Source: Ginglymostoma cirratum
Taxonomy: Eukaryota
DNA length: 64,000 nt
Assembly: GCA_024137785.1 (NCBI GenBank)
Contig: JAHRHZ010000085.1
Span: forward strand, 9,613,548-9,677,547
Direction of reading: 5' to 3'
How positions within the stretch are numbered: the first letter of the stretch is position 1; each line of letters opens with the position of its first letter. Of this stretch, positions 24,582-38,265 are shown piece by piece. Below the pieces are notes generated by a model. The model was given only the letters and a program-made list of their open reading frames with translations, was not told where the DNA came from and did no database searches. The translations under genes were made by a program, and so were the position numbers.

Positions 24582-27500
24582 ATGGAAATTGGAAGTAAAT
24601 TTGATTACATTTTCCAATTCCAGATGATAGAGCAAACAGCATTGATGATTCAGTTCATATACTGGAGAAAGAGATGTGAGAGAAGCAGAGGAGATATCAA
24701 AAACTGCAGATGGTGGAGTCAGAGTCAATACAGTGTGGAGGTGGAGGAGCACTGCAGTTCAGGCAGCATCAGAGGAGCATGAGAGTTGACATTTTGGGTC
24801 GCGACCGTTCATCAGGACTGGAGCAAGGCATGTTCTGCATATAGCAAAAGGATAGGCATTACTGAGACCTATGCAGGTACCAATAACCACACCTTTGATA
24901 CGGAGAAGTGAGATAAGTTAAAGGAAAATTTGTTCAAAGTGAGAATAACCTCAGCCAGGTGAAGGAAGTAGGTGTCAGAAGGTAATTGTTCATACCTTTT
25001 TTGAAGGAAAAAGCAAAGTGCCTTTCAATAATCATGATGGAGGAGGTGTACTTATAAAGGAATTGCAATTCTTCTAACCTTGTCTCATTTACATAATGTT
25101 CCCTGTTCAGCATAAGTAAAAGGTCACATATGCAATTGCACAGTGCAACTAAACAGTGTCTGTGTGAAATCACATGTACAATAATGCCGGCAGACATACT
25201 GTTAGAACCCTCACTGAATTTTCATCATCATTAGTTTTGCCCTTTTGTCGATTTTGCTTTACATCTGTGAACTGGGAAATGTAAGCTGAAAATAACTTTT
25301 GGACTGTGGATAGCAGCTAATTTTGTAAGGAAAACAGATCAAACAAGCTATTGTTTCTTCACGATGCCAGGCTTGAAAGTTAATTGCAGGTTAGTCCTTG
25401 ATCAGTTTTGCAGATGCGTCAACATCGGGGTAGAACATTACGCTTGAAGAGATCTCAGAAGTTGGCTTTTAACTCAATCACTACTTGGCGATTGGTTTCG
25501 ACGAGTCTGGAAGAAAAAAATCACATGTTCAAGCAGATGGTAGATATTGAATTGAATCTGGGGCCTCATTGTATAGCCTGTCAGCCAGCCAAGATCAGAG
25601 ATTGAATTGTGCTTTGTACTTTTGACCTTTTTTTTGTGAAAAGGAATCTGGCCACTGATGCTACAGCATGAAGATTTAAAAAGTCGTCATTTACCTCCCA
25701 TGAGAGTTGGTGAACGCTCAGAGGATAGAAAACTAAATTGAAATTATGGGACAAAAATAGAAATTACTGGAAAAGCTGAGCAAGTCTGGCAGCATCTGTG
25801 GAGAGAAATCAGAGTTAACGTTTCGGGTTGGGTGATCCTTCCTCAGAACTCAAGTTTGAAGTATTACTGCCTTTATCTAAGTTAACTGAAAAGCTGACCC
25901 TGACTGGCATATTCAGAAAATCAACCAAGAAAATGGCACCCATGCTTCTGGAGCAAAGCATCATTGAAACCATTGAAGTAACCTGGCTAGTTTTGCTTTT
26001 TGACTTTATTTGAGCCTTAGCTCTGCTTGTTTGTGTGTATGTCCTTTGTGTAAATGATGCTGAAACAAAGATTTTTGGGTTTATAGCAGAAACAAATTGG
26101 ATTACTTTGTTGTTTAATTTTACTCACCGAAAGTTATTATGTTGTTAATAAACTGCAAAGTCTTTTGTTGAACTTGCAAGCTGGTGTCTAAATTGTTTAT
26201 TCAAAAAGGTGGAATTGGTTATTCACAAAGAATGGCTTGGACTACAATAATTTATGTGCTGTATTTTCACAGTTTACAATTCAGATATACATTAAAGTTA
26301 GCCACTTTAATAACTGACGACTCTTTAGCTTCATGGGTTATTTTGACAACATAAGATTTAACCTTCCAAATTAAAAAAAGGCAGCAAATTAAATGCACAC
26401 ACTTTATAGCGAATTTGGGCCATGCAAACTCAGTAAGTTGACCAAACCGTCTTAAGAACAGATTTCTATTTCTTACAAGTAGAATACGTGGTCAGCTGTG
26501 GCTTAGTGGTAGCACACCTGCCTCTCCGTTATGAAGTTCTTGATTTTGTGACTCACTCTAGGCAATTGGGCACACACAGCTGACCTTTCAGAGCTGTGGA
26601 AAGAAAGCAGTATCTGATGACCGAACTATGTTTTTGTACTGCCTTATATGTTATGAAGCCTCCCAAGACATTTCAGATGATCAATATAAAATAAAATATT
26701 GCATCGAACAAATGGGGTGTATTGGGATACATTACCAAACACTTAGTGAAATAGATGCCCTTTATTACACACTTATGGATGAAAGCAAATTAAGGACAGA
26801 GAGATGTAGGGACGGATTTCGTAGCTTGGATGCTGAGACAATTTATGGATGGCTATCAGCGGGGGAGCAATTATAGAGATGAGGAGATGAAAGTACATGG
26901 GAGTGTTTAACAAGAATAGCAATCCTAAAATCAATACTCCGTTTGAATGGGAGCCAATGTATTTTGGCTAGCAGCATACTTCTTCTCCTTGTTAAAACAC
27001 TAACAGCAAAGGATTGGCTGATCTGTTAACAAGGTCAAATACGCAAGTTCAGCGAGGTCCGCATTGGAATAATTAAGTCTAGAGGAATTAATCATAGATA
27101 GTGGTTCAACAGTAGAAGAATGTTGACACGGGAGAAGATATTAAGTATGATGGAGGTCAAAGTCAGTGGACTAGTTGTCACATGAATATGAGCTTGGGTG
27201 CACCTCAGAGAATCAAATGCAATGAGAGAAACTGGAAAAATTATGACTATAAAAATTTTTTTTATGGCAGCATTCGAAAAACTGCGATTAAGTTGCCTCT
27301 GAGCTCTGACTATTATTTATCCTCCAGACGTTATTGTTAATTACATGTTCATTAATTGAGTGCTACATATACTCTGAAAGTCATGAATGAGGCAGCATAA
27401 TCAGTCACATGAAGGTGTGCAGCAGAAACTTTCAAACCAAAGTAGATGTTGTCATTCAGTGAAGAATAGCTGAGACGGAATGATCTCATTGTTGTTTACA

Positions 27501-29652
27501 ACAAATTGTTATGATGAAATTGTTGCAACAGGTCACTATGTTGCAAGAGACTGGATGTTTCAAATATCAGCAGTTGGTTTCAAGCTTTTTTAGGACATGC
27601 AAATGCTTTACCGAGGTTGAAGCTCTTTCATCATTAACATTATAAGCAGGATATGACATTAAAAATGAATAACACCTGTGTTGACATTTCAATGAAATGT
27701 GGCCTTTAGATGTGTGATTGAAGTGTCATGCAGGAGTCTTCTGATTTACACGGTAGTTGCCGTGCTATAGAGCTTCTTATGGCACAGTATTACAATCAAA
27801 ACAGTATTTAAAGCAGACACATAAATTCTCTCGGGATAATTTGACCCAAATCATCATGGTCAATTAGATCCATTGCCAAGCAATTTCTCTTTACCAAGCT
27901 ACGTTACCAGAAACATCTGATATCCTGCAGAAGGGACAGAAGGACAAAAAAATACGAGAGAAAATGAAAAAGTTGTAGATTGAGCAAAGTGCTCTGCTGA
28001 CACCATTGTTTCTCATGGTGAAATATTATAATACTTTCCCTTGCCTCTGAATGCAAAGGTATTGGCATGAATAAGCTGGTCATCGATATCCAGGGCAGTG
28101 AAGTAACTGCACACATTTTGTCAATGCATTAACATTGTCTAGGACTAGGGAGTCTGCAGGTCACCGTCCTATAATGTTCATAGGTCTGCATGCAATATGG
28201 CTTCTCATTAAAAGGGCTCAAATTGGTGGGTCCTACAGAACCTTCTCTCACAGATCAGTAAACGTACCCACCTCCTCCAGATGTGTTTGTTGCCATTGCG
28301 CTTCACATTGCACACATTGGAATTCCAACAGGATGGAAGGTGTCCATGACCAACCTGGACCAATGGCTTCCAGATTCCATCTGGATGTTTGTGAGCTTCT
28401 GGAACATCTGGATTCTCTTCCTGATCGCCCATGTCGTGAACCCCATAGGCTTTACACCTCCACAGGAAACAAACGAACCCATCTTCATGACCATGCACTT
28501 TTTTTTGCCTACTTTCTGTCCCTTGTCTATGGCATGCTCATAGCCAGGCCCCTCACTCTCCACCTCTCTCCTCTACACGCCAGTATGATCCTGACTGAGG
28601 GAACTAAACCCTCCTCCCATATCACTGCTTTTCCAGCTGTCCTTTGCCCTATCCCGTGGACTAAACGCTGTGGAACCACTGGACTGTCTATGACCCAGTC
28701 CCTGCATTGCAGACCCTGACCAACACCACGCTAACCAAACACCTGACCTTTCCTGGATGCTTGAAATCGAAGGGTGCCCTTCTTTAGCTACTCTGGGCTG
28801 CTGTGATTGGTAGGTACTTCCATGGACTATGCGGAGGACTCCTCCCTTAAAACTTTGAGACATGTCTGCCTGCTGGCTGCACATGATGTGTGTGATGGTC
28901 AAGAAACTGCTGGCCCATCCTGCAGGTGTGAGATTGATGTACCACATTGCACGTTTCAGGTTTTATGCCACATTGACCACGAACTGTTCACCTGTAGTGT
29001 TAGCTGCATGGTTCTGAGAGTACAGTAAAAGGCAAGGCATAACATGCATGCAGTCAGCTTGCAGGCAGGGTCTGATTGAAAGCACGTGATGAGAGCATTC
29101 AAGCAGACCTGAGAGGCAGCCTCTCTCTTCACGGAAGGTGTGTTTCTAGCAGACTTTCAATACAAATCGCTGGAGTTCTTAAAACCAACTAAATAAAGAT
29201 TAATAGAATATTAGAATGATAGGTACTAGTTAGCTATTTAATATGCTACTCTAAAGCGTTATTTGCGGAGAGCTGAGATTGTACAGGCTTGGTGTTCAAC
29301 TTGCAAAAAAGTACGATCACTACGCGTACGAGAAATATCTTCTGCATTGACATTTTTATGGCTTGTTATTTCTTGCTTGTGCGTAGATATTTTCCGTTAC
29401 TTCCTTTTGTTTTCCGATCTGCAGCTCAAGTATATTCTGTGCCTCCGTCACAGAAACAGTCAACGCTGGCATAGTATGAATCATCTTGTTACTGATTGCA
29501 ATTTGTAGGACCTGTAAAGAAAGTATTTGAAATATTGTCATTTGGTCTTTATCTAAACTTTCTACAAAGTGGTCAGGACACGAAAATAAAGTTTAAGATA
29601 TCATATGGCTAATGTCCAAAGAAGCAAATGCCCTCACTGGCCTACAGAATCT
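24582..29652 (-). repeat. Inverted segmental duplicate of ~57890-63003 (downstream flank of an A4-type gene)
   Basis: Collinear reverse-complement matches throughout, e.g. 24582-24670 with 62913-63003, 25170-25220 with 62450-62505, 27290-27330 with 60170-60205. Confidence 0.85.
29356..29511 (-). pseudogene. Gene fragment A3: orphan terminal cytoplasmic exon
   Basis: TTTACAG acceptor, VLQIAISNKM..ELQIGKQKEVTENIYAQARNNKP*; homologous to 58043-58200 and 6714-6890; upstream exons are absent beyond ~29650. Confidence 0.75.
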
Positions 29653-31109
29653 GGTGCTCTGAACTGAATTCCTCCTTCAAAATTTCGTTGTCGTTTCAGA
29701 TTTCCACCACTGGAGTTCTTTGTTTTATTGTAGTATGTAAAGTGTTTCAAAATGTTTATAAACATTCATAATCCCTCTACAGTCTAGTTATTCTGGTGAA
29801 ATTTCAATTAGGATTGACTGTTTTCCCTGTATGATCATTGGTTGCTTTGCCTTTCTTCTGCACTGTCCCTAACGCACTAAGTTAAAGACAGCAGGATCAT
29901 CAAGACCTCCTCTACATATTCTGAATTTGTCTTTATTTAAAAAATATGCTTTGTTTTACCTTTAATCCACCAGACATTGGATAGTTCTGCAGCAACCCCG
30001 TTCAGTCTGGGGCGAGGAGATAACTCATCCCAAAGGGTCTGGGAATGTTTGTCCGAGCTGGTACACTTATATCTTAACTATGGGTGGTAAAACATCTGTC
30101 TAGTGGCTTAGATGGCTGGTCCCTCAGCTGCCACAGAGACGCTGCTCACAGTGTCAATTATTGTTGCAAATCTCAACATACTCTGCACGTCTCAGCTACA
30201 AAGTGAACGATAATTTATTAAACTCTATTTACTTCAACAGATATCCCAGCAACTTAACTAATTTCTCGTGCATTTCTGTAACATTACTCAATGGAACACA
30301 ATAAAATATGTTGCCTTGTTTACCCTTTCTGCTCAGTGCTTTAGTCTACCGTAAACCAGCCACGTAGGTTGCATATCACAGAAGAGACGGTGATTGTGTG
30401 ACTCAGACGAGCCTTGGTGTCATATGCTTATCATCACTTTGCAGTCATTAACTCAAGCTTCTGATTCAATCTCAAGGCGACAGCGGTAATTAGAAATCTG
30501 ATAATATGTGGTGCAATGTTAATGTTCCTACTTCTGGGCAGGGAATGCGGGCGGGTGCATGTTACACGTGCTCTAGAAGTGAACATTTTGATTGAAACAA
30601 GAAAAATAACAGAAAATTGTCCCTAGTCAGTAGAGCATGATACTGGGGTGGTAGTGTGGTGGTAATGTCACTAAAGTAGCAGTGTTGAGGCTCGGATGAC
30701 TTGGTTCACATCCCACGAGAGCTGTTGGTGGAATGTTCAAAAGTAAAAGGGACTTCTGTGGTTCTCTGGGTTGAAGTCCTCCCTGCTGGAGAGATGTGTC
30801 GTAGCATTTCTAACAAATGGAAGGGAAAATATTTATGGCTCCGCCCAGGAGCTGATTGTAACGGACAACTTAATAACAGTATATTCTGAGAGACCCATTT
30901 CTCCAGGGAAGCGAATCTTTGAAATGTAAGAACATCTACTGAAGCCGACGAGCGAGGTCCAGGCAACAATGAAGCGGAAACTTCGCGTCCAACAGTTGGC
31001 CAGGCACCTGGAGACAGAATTAAATGGAGAATTGAGTAAGACGAGACGCAGGCAATTTGGGACTGAGTTCTTTGATTGTATGTTCGCACATTGATTAGAA
31101 TTGTTTCCA

Positions 31110-33454
31110 ATGTGGTTCAACTGCTCATTGCTGTTTTCTTATTGGTCGATTGTTGCCTGCACTGCAGGTGAGGAACTATGGAAGTTGGTGTGGTGATCAC
31201 AGCTACTTAGGTTCAGATTGTACTCCTGAGGTGCGAACCTACAGTCTAGCTGTGGCCACCTCCAATTCAGGAAATATTCAGGACCATCCAGTTGGGGCAG
31301 AATGTAACTGTGCCTAATTTTATGGTGGCACTGGACGCAAAATGTAGTCTGGGGCTAAAGGAGGAAAACTGAAGAGTTTAATGCTTGACGTTTCATGGAT
31401 ACGTGGTATTTCATGCTTTACTCAGTCTTGCTGGAGTCGCAAAACGATTTAAGGCTAATAATTTATTAGGACATGTGTCATTCACAAAGCTAGGGAGAGG
31501 AAAATGCTGATCCAACGACGGAATAGTTCTGATAATAACAGATACCATGTTAAGTGCAGTATCACATCATTAATCTCGGTCTTGAAACACAGCTGAACAA
31601 ATGAAGGAGATGGGAAGGAGATCTCGTCAGAAAAGGCAAAGGAACAGATATTTTGATGTGAAAAGGAAGAGAATGATGAAGAGAAGCAGAAGCCAAGTTT
31701 AGCTTACATTTCCCCCCACAAACTTATAAGGAACGGAAAGCCTTGATACAATGATGCAATTATGGGCCATTAAATGGTTTTACAATAAATGGCATGTATA
31801 TTCTAGAGATCCATCAAATTTTTGAGAAGTCCCTTTAAGCGTTCTGAGAGATTCTCCATTACATCCATTTTCTGTATTTGTTTCGCGACTGATTTGTATC
31901 CCCTTAGTTATCCCATAACAGCCAGTGACCCCACAATTTCCACTCTTTTTGCCTTGTTCACATTGCTTGCATCTCATATAGTTCTGCTTCCTTATCAATG
32001 TAACATAGACAGCCTTTTCAGTGCCTCGTTGTTAACAATTTTAAATACCTTAAACGCACGAAATATTTACCCTTTCGCCATGAGCAGGCAGCACTCGGCT
32101 CATGCGAAGCGTCTCAATTTCTAAATGTGCTTTTTGGACCCTAATCGGCCACAATCCATTTCTCATCAGCTCCTTAGTCCGTAAATGCCAGGATAAGCTT
32201 TTTGGAATGCCTTTTCACCTCTCAAACTCTCTCTTTTAGCTTCTTCAATCTACCTTCAAAATTCCCATTCGATTCTATATTGACCTGGTTCTTAGTTCAG
32301 TTATCCACCTGACTTCAGTTGCACGTATAGGTTTCCTACTTCATCTTATTTTATTGCTTGGTCTGGCTGTTGAACGAAAAGTGTGAGCCAAGGATGAACA
32401 GCAACATCTTATTGTCTCGCGTTCTGAACTTCTCTGCATTGTTTGACATGGTCAACCAAACGGTTATTCGTCAAAGCTTCTGTGTTGCTCCCCAAACTGG
32501 CTGCGCTGATTTAACGTATCAGGAATCTAAACCGAACTCGTAAGTGTTGAGAAATTTGACATTTGAAATGTCATATATTTCTCTTTATGTTGACAACACG
32601 TGTCGTTCAACGGTGGAGGCAATGCAAAGATTAGATTCTTAGGCCTATGAAATGAAGCCTATTTGCAGAAACCCCAATTACAGGAAAACAAAGGTCACAG
32701 CCTCAGAAGTGATGGAAATCTAACCGGAAGTTATCCTTCAACTTTACAGTCTCGCAGTTAATGTTGACCGGTATCAATTAAATTCATTGTTCAGAACGAA
32801 AAGCGAGTATGGTTTTCCGAGGTAATAGGAACTGCAGATGCTGGAGAATCTGACATAACAAGGTGTAGAGCTGGATGAACACAGCAGGCCAAACAGCGTC
32901 AGAGGAGCAGGAAGGCTGACGTTTCGGGCCTAGACCCTTCTTCAGAAATTTTCCGATGGGTTTTCCGATGCTTGATTCTCAGGGATATTATTTAAACAGT
33001 AACTACCTCTTTGATCATCACCAGGGCTATCTCAACTAATTGTACATTTATTTAACTATATATAATGTCACAATGTAACATCGTTTCCCCCTCTTCGATT
33101 TGCATGTTACTTCCAGTACAATTAAGTTCTCTATGACCCTGTTTTCTGGCAGCCGAAGAGCACGTTTATTTTTCAGAGTTGCTCAAAAGCCTCAAGAAGC
33201 TTTTGTGTCATGAAAGAAGAATATCTCTTTGATCTGCTTCTTTTCTGCATCTGGGGTGAATTCCTCGATAAAAGTGCATTGGTGGAAACAGGTGAGAATT
33301 AATTCCTACTCCCTTGCACGGATAGCAGAAAGCAATTTGATGTCAGCCATAACGGGAGCACTTTCCTGTGCTTGGTGCAGGTGAATGTTAAAAACTGTGA
33401 CTTCACTACTGCACGGTATTCTGACAAGGATCGGATCACACTGACGTGCATATG
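31110..33454 (+). pseudogene. Divergent family member: leader exon 31110-31167 (MWFNCSLLFSYWSIVACTA) and decayed V exon ~33153-33454
   Basis: Phase-1 donor CAG|GTGAGG. V remnant reads VAQKPQEAFVS*KKNISLICFFSASGVNSSIKVHWWKQ..SRKQF..HYCTVF with stops and frameshifts; not in the ORF track. Confidence 0.7.
32822..32948 (-). mobile_element. Penelope-terminus-like short repeat with hammerhead motif (32918-32945)
   Basis: Reverse complement reads CTGAAGAAGGGTCTAGGCCCGAAACGTC followed by the family tail. Confidence 0.7.
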
Positions 33455-35777
33455 CTAAGTAAAAAAACACCTGAAAGTGGAACAGTTAAAAATATCAAAC
33501 TTGTAGCAATTGAGACGCTTGGCACGAGACGAGAGCTGCCCTGCTCATGGCTAAGTTGTAAATATTTCGTGCGTTTAAGGTATCTGTTGTTTTGTTGTTT
33601 AAGGTGTTGCGTTGTTTTGTCATTCGAATGCTGGAGAATCTCAGCAGATCTGGTCGCATGTAGTGATAGAAATAGGGTTAATGGAGCACTGACGAAAAGT
33701 CATACCGGACTCAAACGGTTGATTCTATTTCTTTCCGCAGATGCCGCCAGTATTATTGAGTCCCTCCTGCGTTATCTGTGTTTATTTCAGATTTCCAGCA
33801 CTCACAGTACTTTGTTTTTCTTTTGTGATTGTTATGATGCACCTTTTCAGTTAGTTTAAGCATGATTACCAGCACATTTTCGGATGAATTATACTCTCAT
33901 CTTGCTTGGTGTAACCGCAGACAACCTCGCCACGCTCAGAGTATTACAAAACAAGTGAATTTTAATCAGATTGATCAGAACTCCAAACATAATGTACTTA
34001 TTTTGTACATTATGTGTTATGCGCCAGAGTGAGGAAGTTCTGCAGAAATTACAAATATGTAGCCCCTGACTGAAAGTCAGATATAATAACAGGCCTCTCC
34101 CAGCACATAGACAGGTTTTAGTCCATTGTTATGCTGGATGTAACCCCATCACTATCATAATATAAAACAAAGAACTGTGAATGCTGGAACATGAAGCAAA
34201 AACAGGCATTACTGTAGAAACTCAACAGGTCCGGCAGTATCGGTGTAGACAAAACCGAATTAATGTTTCGAGTCTCGTGATACTTGTGCCGAATTGATAG
34301 TAGCCAGGAAAATGCAATTGTCGCCGCCGCTGCTGAAACCACCGCCTCCATCACCGAAACCAACACCGTCATCGCGGTTGCCGCCGCCGACGCCGCTCCG
34401 CCCACCGCCCACCGCCTACGTCGCTCCGCCCACCGCCGAAGCCGACACAACACCCACCGCTGACGTAACTCCGCACACAGCCGACGCCGCCAACGCTCCG
34501 CCCACAACCTCCACAGCCAGCAGCTCCAGAGGAGACAGCAACACTGAGCCCTGCCGGGACTTCACCAACCCCCCAGACCTCCACCTCACTGAGGACGAAC
34601 GGTCAGTCCTCAGTAAAGGGCTCACCTTTGTCCCCCTCCACACACATATCAACGAATACCGCTCACGCTTGGATATTGAGCAGTTTTTCCGCCGCCTCCG
34701 CCTCCACGCTTACTTCTCTAACCGCGAATCTAACCCTCCCTCTACTGACCCCTTCTCCCGCCTCCAACACAAGCCCTCCTCCTGGACACCACCCCAAGGC
34801 CTCCTACCCTCCCTCGACCTCTTCATTTCCAACTGCCGTCGAGACATCAATCGCCTTAACCCCTCTACCCCTCTCACCAACTTCAACCTCTCCCCTGCAG
34901 AACGTGCAGCCCTCCGCTCCCTCCGCTCCAATCCCAACCTCACCACAAAACCCGCGGACAAGGGAGGCGCAGTCATAGTATGGCGTACTGACCTCTACAT
35001 TGCTGAGGCCAGGCGCCAACTCTCTGACATCTCCTCCGACCGCCCCCTGGATCATGACCCCACCCCCGAGCACCAAACCATCATCCACAACCTCATCACC
35101 TCAGGTGACCTCCCACCCACCGCCTCCAACCTCATCGTTCCCCAACCCCGCACCGCCCGCTTCTATCTCCTCCCCAAAATCCACAAACCTGAATGCCCTG
35201 GTCGACCCATTGTCTCCGCCTGCTCCTGCCCCACCGAACTCATCTCCACCTACCTAGACTCCATTTTCACCCCCTTGGTCCAGGAACTCCCTACCTACGT
35301 CCGTGACACCACCCACACCCTCTACCTCCTCCAGAAATTCCAATTCCCAGGTCCCCAACACCTCATTTTTACAATGGACGTCCAGTCCCTATATACCTGT
35401 ATTCCCCATGCTGATGGCCTAAAGGCCCTCCGCTTCTTCCTGTCCCGCAGAACGGACCAATCCCCCTCCACCGACACCCTCATCCGCCTAGCCGAACTCG
35501 TCCTCACCCTCAACAACTTTTCTTTCAATTCCTCCCACTTCCTACAAACAAAGGGTGTGGCCATGGGTACCCGCATGGGTCCAAGCTATGCCTGCCTCTT
35601 TGTAGGTTATGTGGAACAATCCCTCTTCCGTACCTACACTGGCCCTAAACCCCACCTCTTCCTCCGTTACATTGATGACTGCATCGGCGCCGCCTCGTGC
35701 TCCCACGAGGAGCTCGAACAGTTCATCCAATTCACCAACACCTTCCACCCCAACCTGAAGTTCACCTGGACCATCTC

Positions 35778-35877
35778 NNNNNNNNNNNNNNNNNNNNNNN
35801 NNNNNNNNNNNNNNNNNNNNNNNNNNNNNNNNNNNNNNNNNNNNNNNNNNNNNNNNNNNNNNNNNNNNNNNNNNNNN
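35778..35877. other. Assembly gap (100 N) with ~200 nt duplicated on either side
   Basis: 35575-35777 is repeated at 35878-36080 with a few substitutions. Confidence 0.95.
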
Positions 35878-37340
35878 ATGGGCCCAAGCTATGCCTGCCT
35901 CTTTGTAGGTTATGTGGAACAATCCCTCTTCCGCACCTACACTGGCCCTAAACCCCACCTCTTCCTCCGTTACATTGATGACTGCATCGGCACCGCCTCG
36001 TGCTCCCACAAGGAGCTCGAACAGTTCATTCAATTCACCAACACTTTCCACCCCAACTTGAAGTTCACCTGGACCATCTCCAACACTTCTCTCTCCTTCC
36101 TGGACCTCTCTGTCTCCATCTCGGGCAACCACCTAGAGACAGATGTCCATTTCAAGCCCACTGACTCCCACAGCTACCTGGAATACACCTCCTCCCACCC
36201 ACCCTCCTGCAAAAATGCCATCCCCTATTCCCAATTCCTTCGCCTCCGCCGCATCTGCTCCCAGGATGAGACATTCCAATCCCGCACATCTCAAATGTCC
36301 TCATTCTTCAAGGACCGCAACTTAACCCCCACAGTGGTTGAGAACGCCCTCGACCGTGTGTCCCGCATTTCCCGGAACACATCCCTCATGCCCCGTCCCC
36401 GCAACAATAACCAAAAAAGAATCCCCCTCGTCCTCACATACCACCCCACCAACCTACGGATCCAACGCATCATCCTCCGACACTTCCGCCATCTGCAGTC
36501 AGACCCCACCACCAAAGACATCTTTCCCTCCCCACCCTTATCTGCCTTCCGGAGGGACCACTCCCTCCTCGACTCCCTTGTCCGCTCCACACTCCCCTCC
36601 AGCCCCACCACACCCGGCACTTGTCCTTGTAACCGCAGGAAGTGCTACACCTGCCCCCACACCTCCTCCCTCACCCCAATCCCAGGCCCCAAGAAGACTT
36701 TCCACATCAGGCAGAGGTTCACCTGCACATCTGCCAATGTGGTATACTGCATCCGCTGTACCCGTTGTGGCCTCCTCCACATCGGGGAAACCAAGCGGAG
36801 GCTTGGGGATCGCTTTGCAGAACACCTGCGCTCAGTTCGCAACAAACAACTGCACCTCCCAGTCGCGAACCATTTCAACTCCCCCTCCCATTCCTCAGAT
36901 GACATGTCCATCCTTGGCCTCCTACAATGCCACAGTGATGCCACCTGAAGGCTGCAGGAACAGCAAATCATATTCAACCTGGGAACCCTGCAGCCCAATG
37001 GCATCAATGTGGATTTCACAAGCTTCAAAATCTCCCCTCCCCCAACCGCATCCCAAAACCAGCCCAGCTCATCTCCACCTCCCTAACCTGTTTTTCCTCT
37101 CACCCCAAGCCACACCCCCATCTCCTATCTACTAACATCATCCCGCCCCCTTGACCTGTCCATCCTCCCTGGACTGACCTATCTCCTCCCTACCCCCCTA
37201 CCTACACTCACCTTTACTGGCTCCATCCCCGCCTCTTCGACTTGTCTGCCTCCTCTCCACCTATCCTCTCCTCTATCCATCCTCTATCCGCCTCCCCCCT
37301 CTCCCTATTTATTTCAGAACCCTCTTCCCCTCCCCCATTT

Positions 37341-37368
37341 CTGATGAAGGGTTTAGGCCCGAAACGTC
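37341..37368 (+). ncRNA. Minimal type I hammerhead ribozyme motif in the Penelope terminal repeat
   Basis: CTGATGA-A-GGG-TTTAGG-CCC-GAAAC-GTC: conserved core boxes, 3-bp stem II, GUC cleavage triplet. Confidence 0.7.
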
Positions 37369-37759
37369 AAGTTTTCCTGCTCCTATGATGCTGCTTGACC
37401 TGCTGTGTTCATCCAGCCCCATGCTTGTTATCAAGGATAAACCCTACTGTGAAATTAGCCCTCAAGTATTACTCCGGGGAAGACCAACTGCCGAACAAAC
37501 CCTCGCTAGGGGTTGGGTGAAGGGAATAAAGGAACTGTGTAGACTGGCCAGCTGTGTATTCCTAGGTAATCCGTTTCGATGTCAGTGCGGTACTGAATTC
37601 ACACAGCGTGACTCGTGTGGTTTCTTTTAACTGTTTACAAGTTGTAGTTCGGAATATTTTGATATTTGGATATTTTTGATATTTGGTATTTTTTGGTACT
37701 TTTGAGAATACAAGAGTGAATTGTTTAAGGTAAAGTGTCCTGTGTACCTTCAAAAATTC

Positions 37760-38265
37760 ATTCCACTGAGGTTAATTCTTGTCTCAGGCAGAAACAGGCA
37801 ACAAACCTGATTCAACGATATTGGCCAGGGAACACAATTGTGTGTTGAAGTGGCAGGCAACAGGAAGCTCCGGATTATTTTTGGCGACTGACGTAGGTGT
37901 TCTGCAAAGCGGTCCCCAAGTCTGTGCTTCGTCACTCCCATGTAGATTATGAGCACCAGCATCCATTTCCAAATGAATGCAAGCAGCCATTTCCGCCACC
38001 TCCAGCAAGATGAAACGACCAAACCTCCCTTGTCAGACTTCCACTTGGATAGCTCCCTGCAGGAAATTTTGATCCACTCTTCCTCCACTCCAAATGACAC
38101 CGTACACCCAAAGACGCCTTCCCATGGAATCACGGAAAGAGTAACATATGCCTGTTTGCTTCCCCACTCCTCGCTACCCAAGAGCCACGGCGCAACTTCC
38201 AAGTCAAGCAATGATTTTCCTGCACTTTACTCAATCTAGTCTATTGTACTCGCTGCTCGCCATGT
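37760..38265. mobile_element. Old Penelope-like fragments, inverted pair
   Basis: YMGVTKHRLGDRFAEHLR on the minus strand; HFRHLQQDETTK on the plus strand. Confidence 0.65.

Larger units (their letters stand above)
34294..37432 (+). mobile_element. Penelope-like element (RT + GIY-YIG endonuclease) with 3' hammerhead-bearing terminal repeat
   Basis: RT motifs PKIHK, RPIVS, MDVQSLYT, GVAMG, RYIDD, FLDL; GIY-YIG NVVYCIRC..HIGETKRRLGDRFAEH. Spans an N gap at 35778-35877. Confidence 0.93.

Noticed and set aside
28135-28947. Overlapping 70-194 aa ORFs
   Set aside because: Frames are not conserved in the paralogous sequence at 58.4-59.4 kb; it looks like decayed retroelement sequence.
34294-36948. 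884-aa ORF with an internally duplicated RT segment as a novel protein
   Set aside because: The repeat flanks a 100-N gap and is most likely an unmerged contig overlap; the N-terminal start is also arbitrary.
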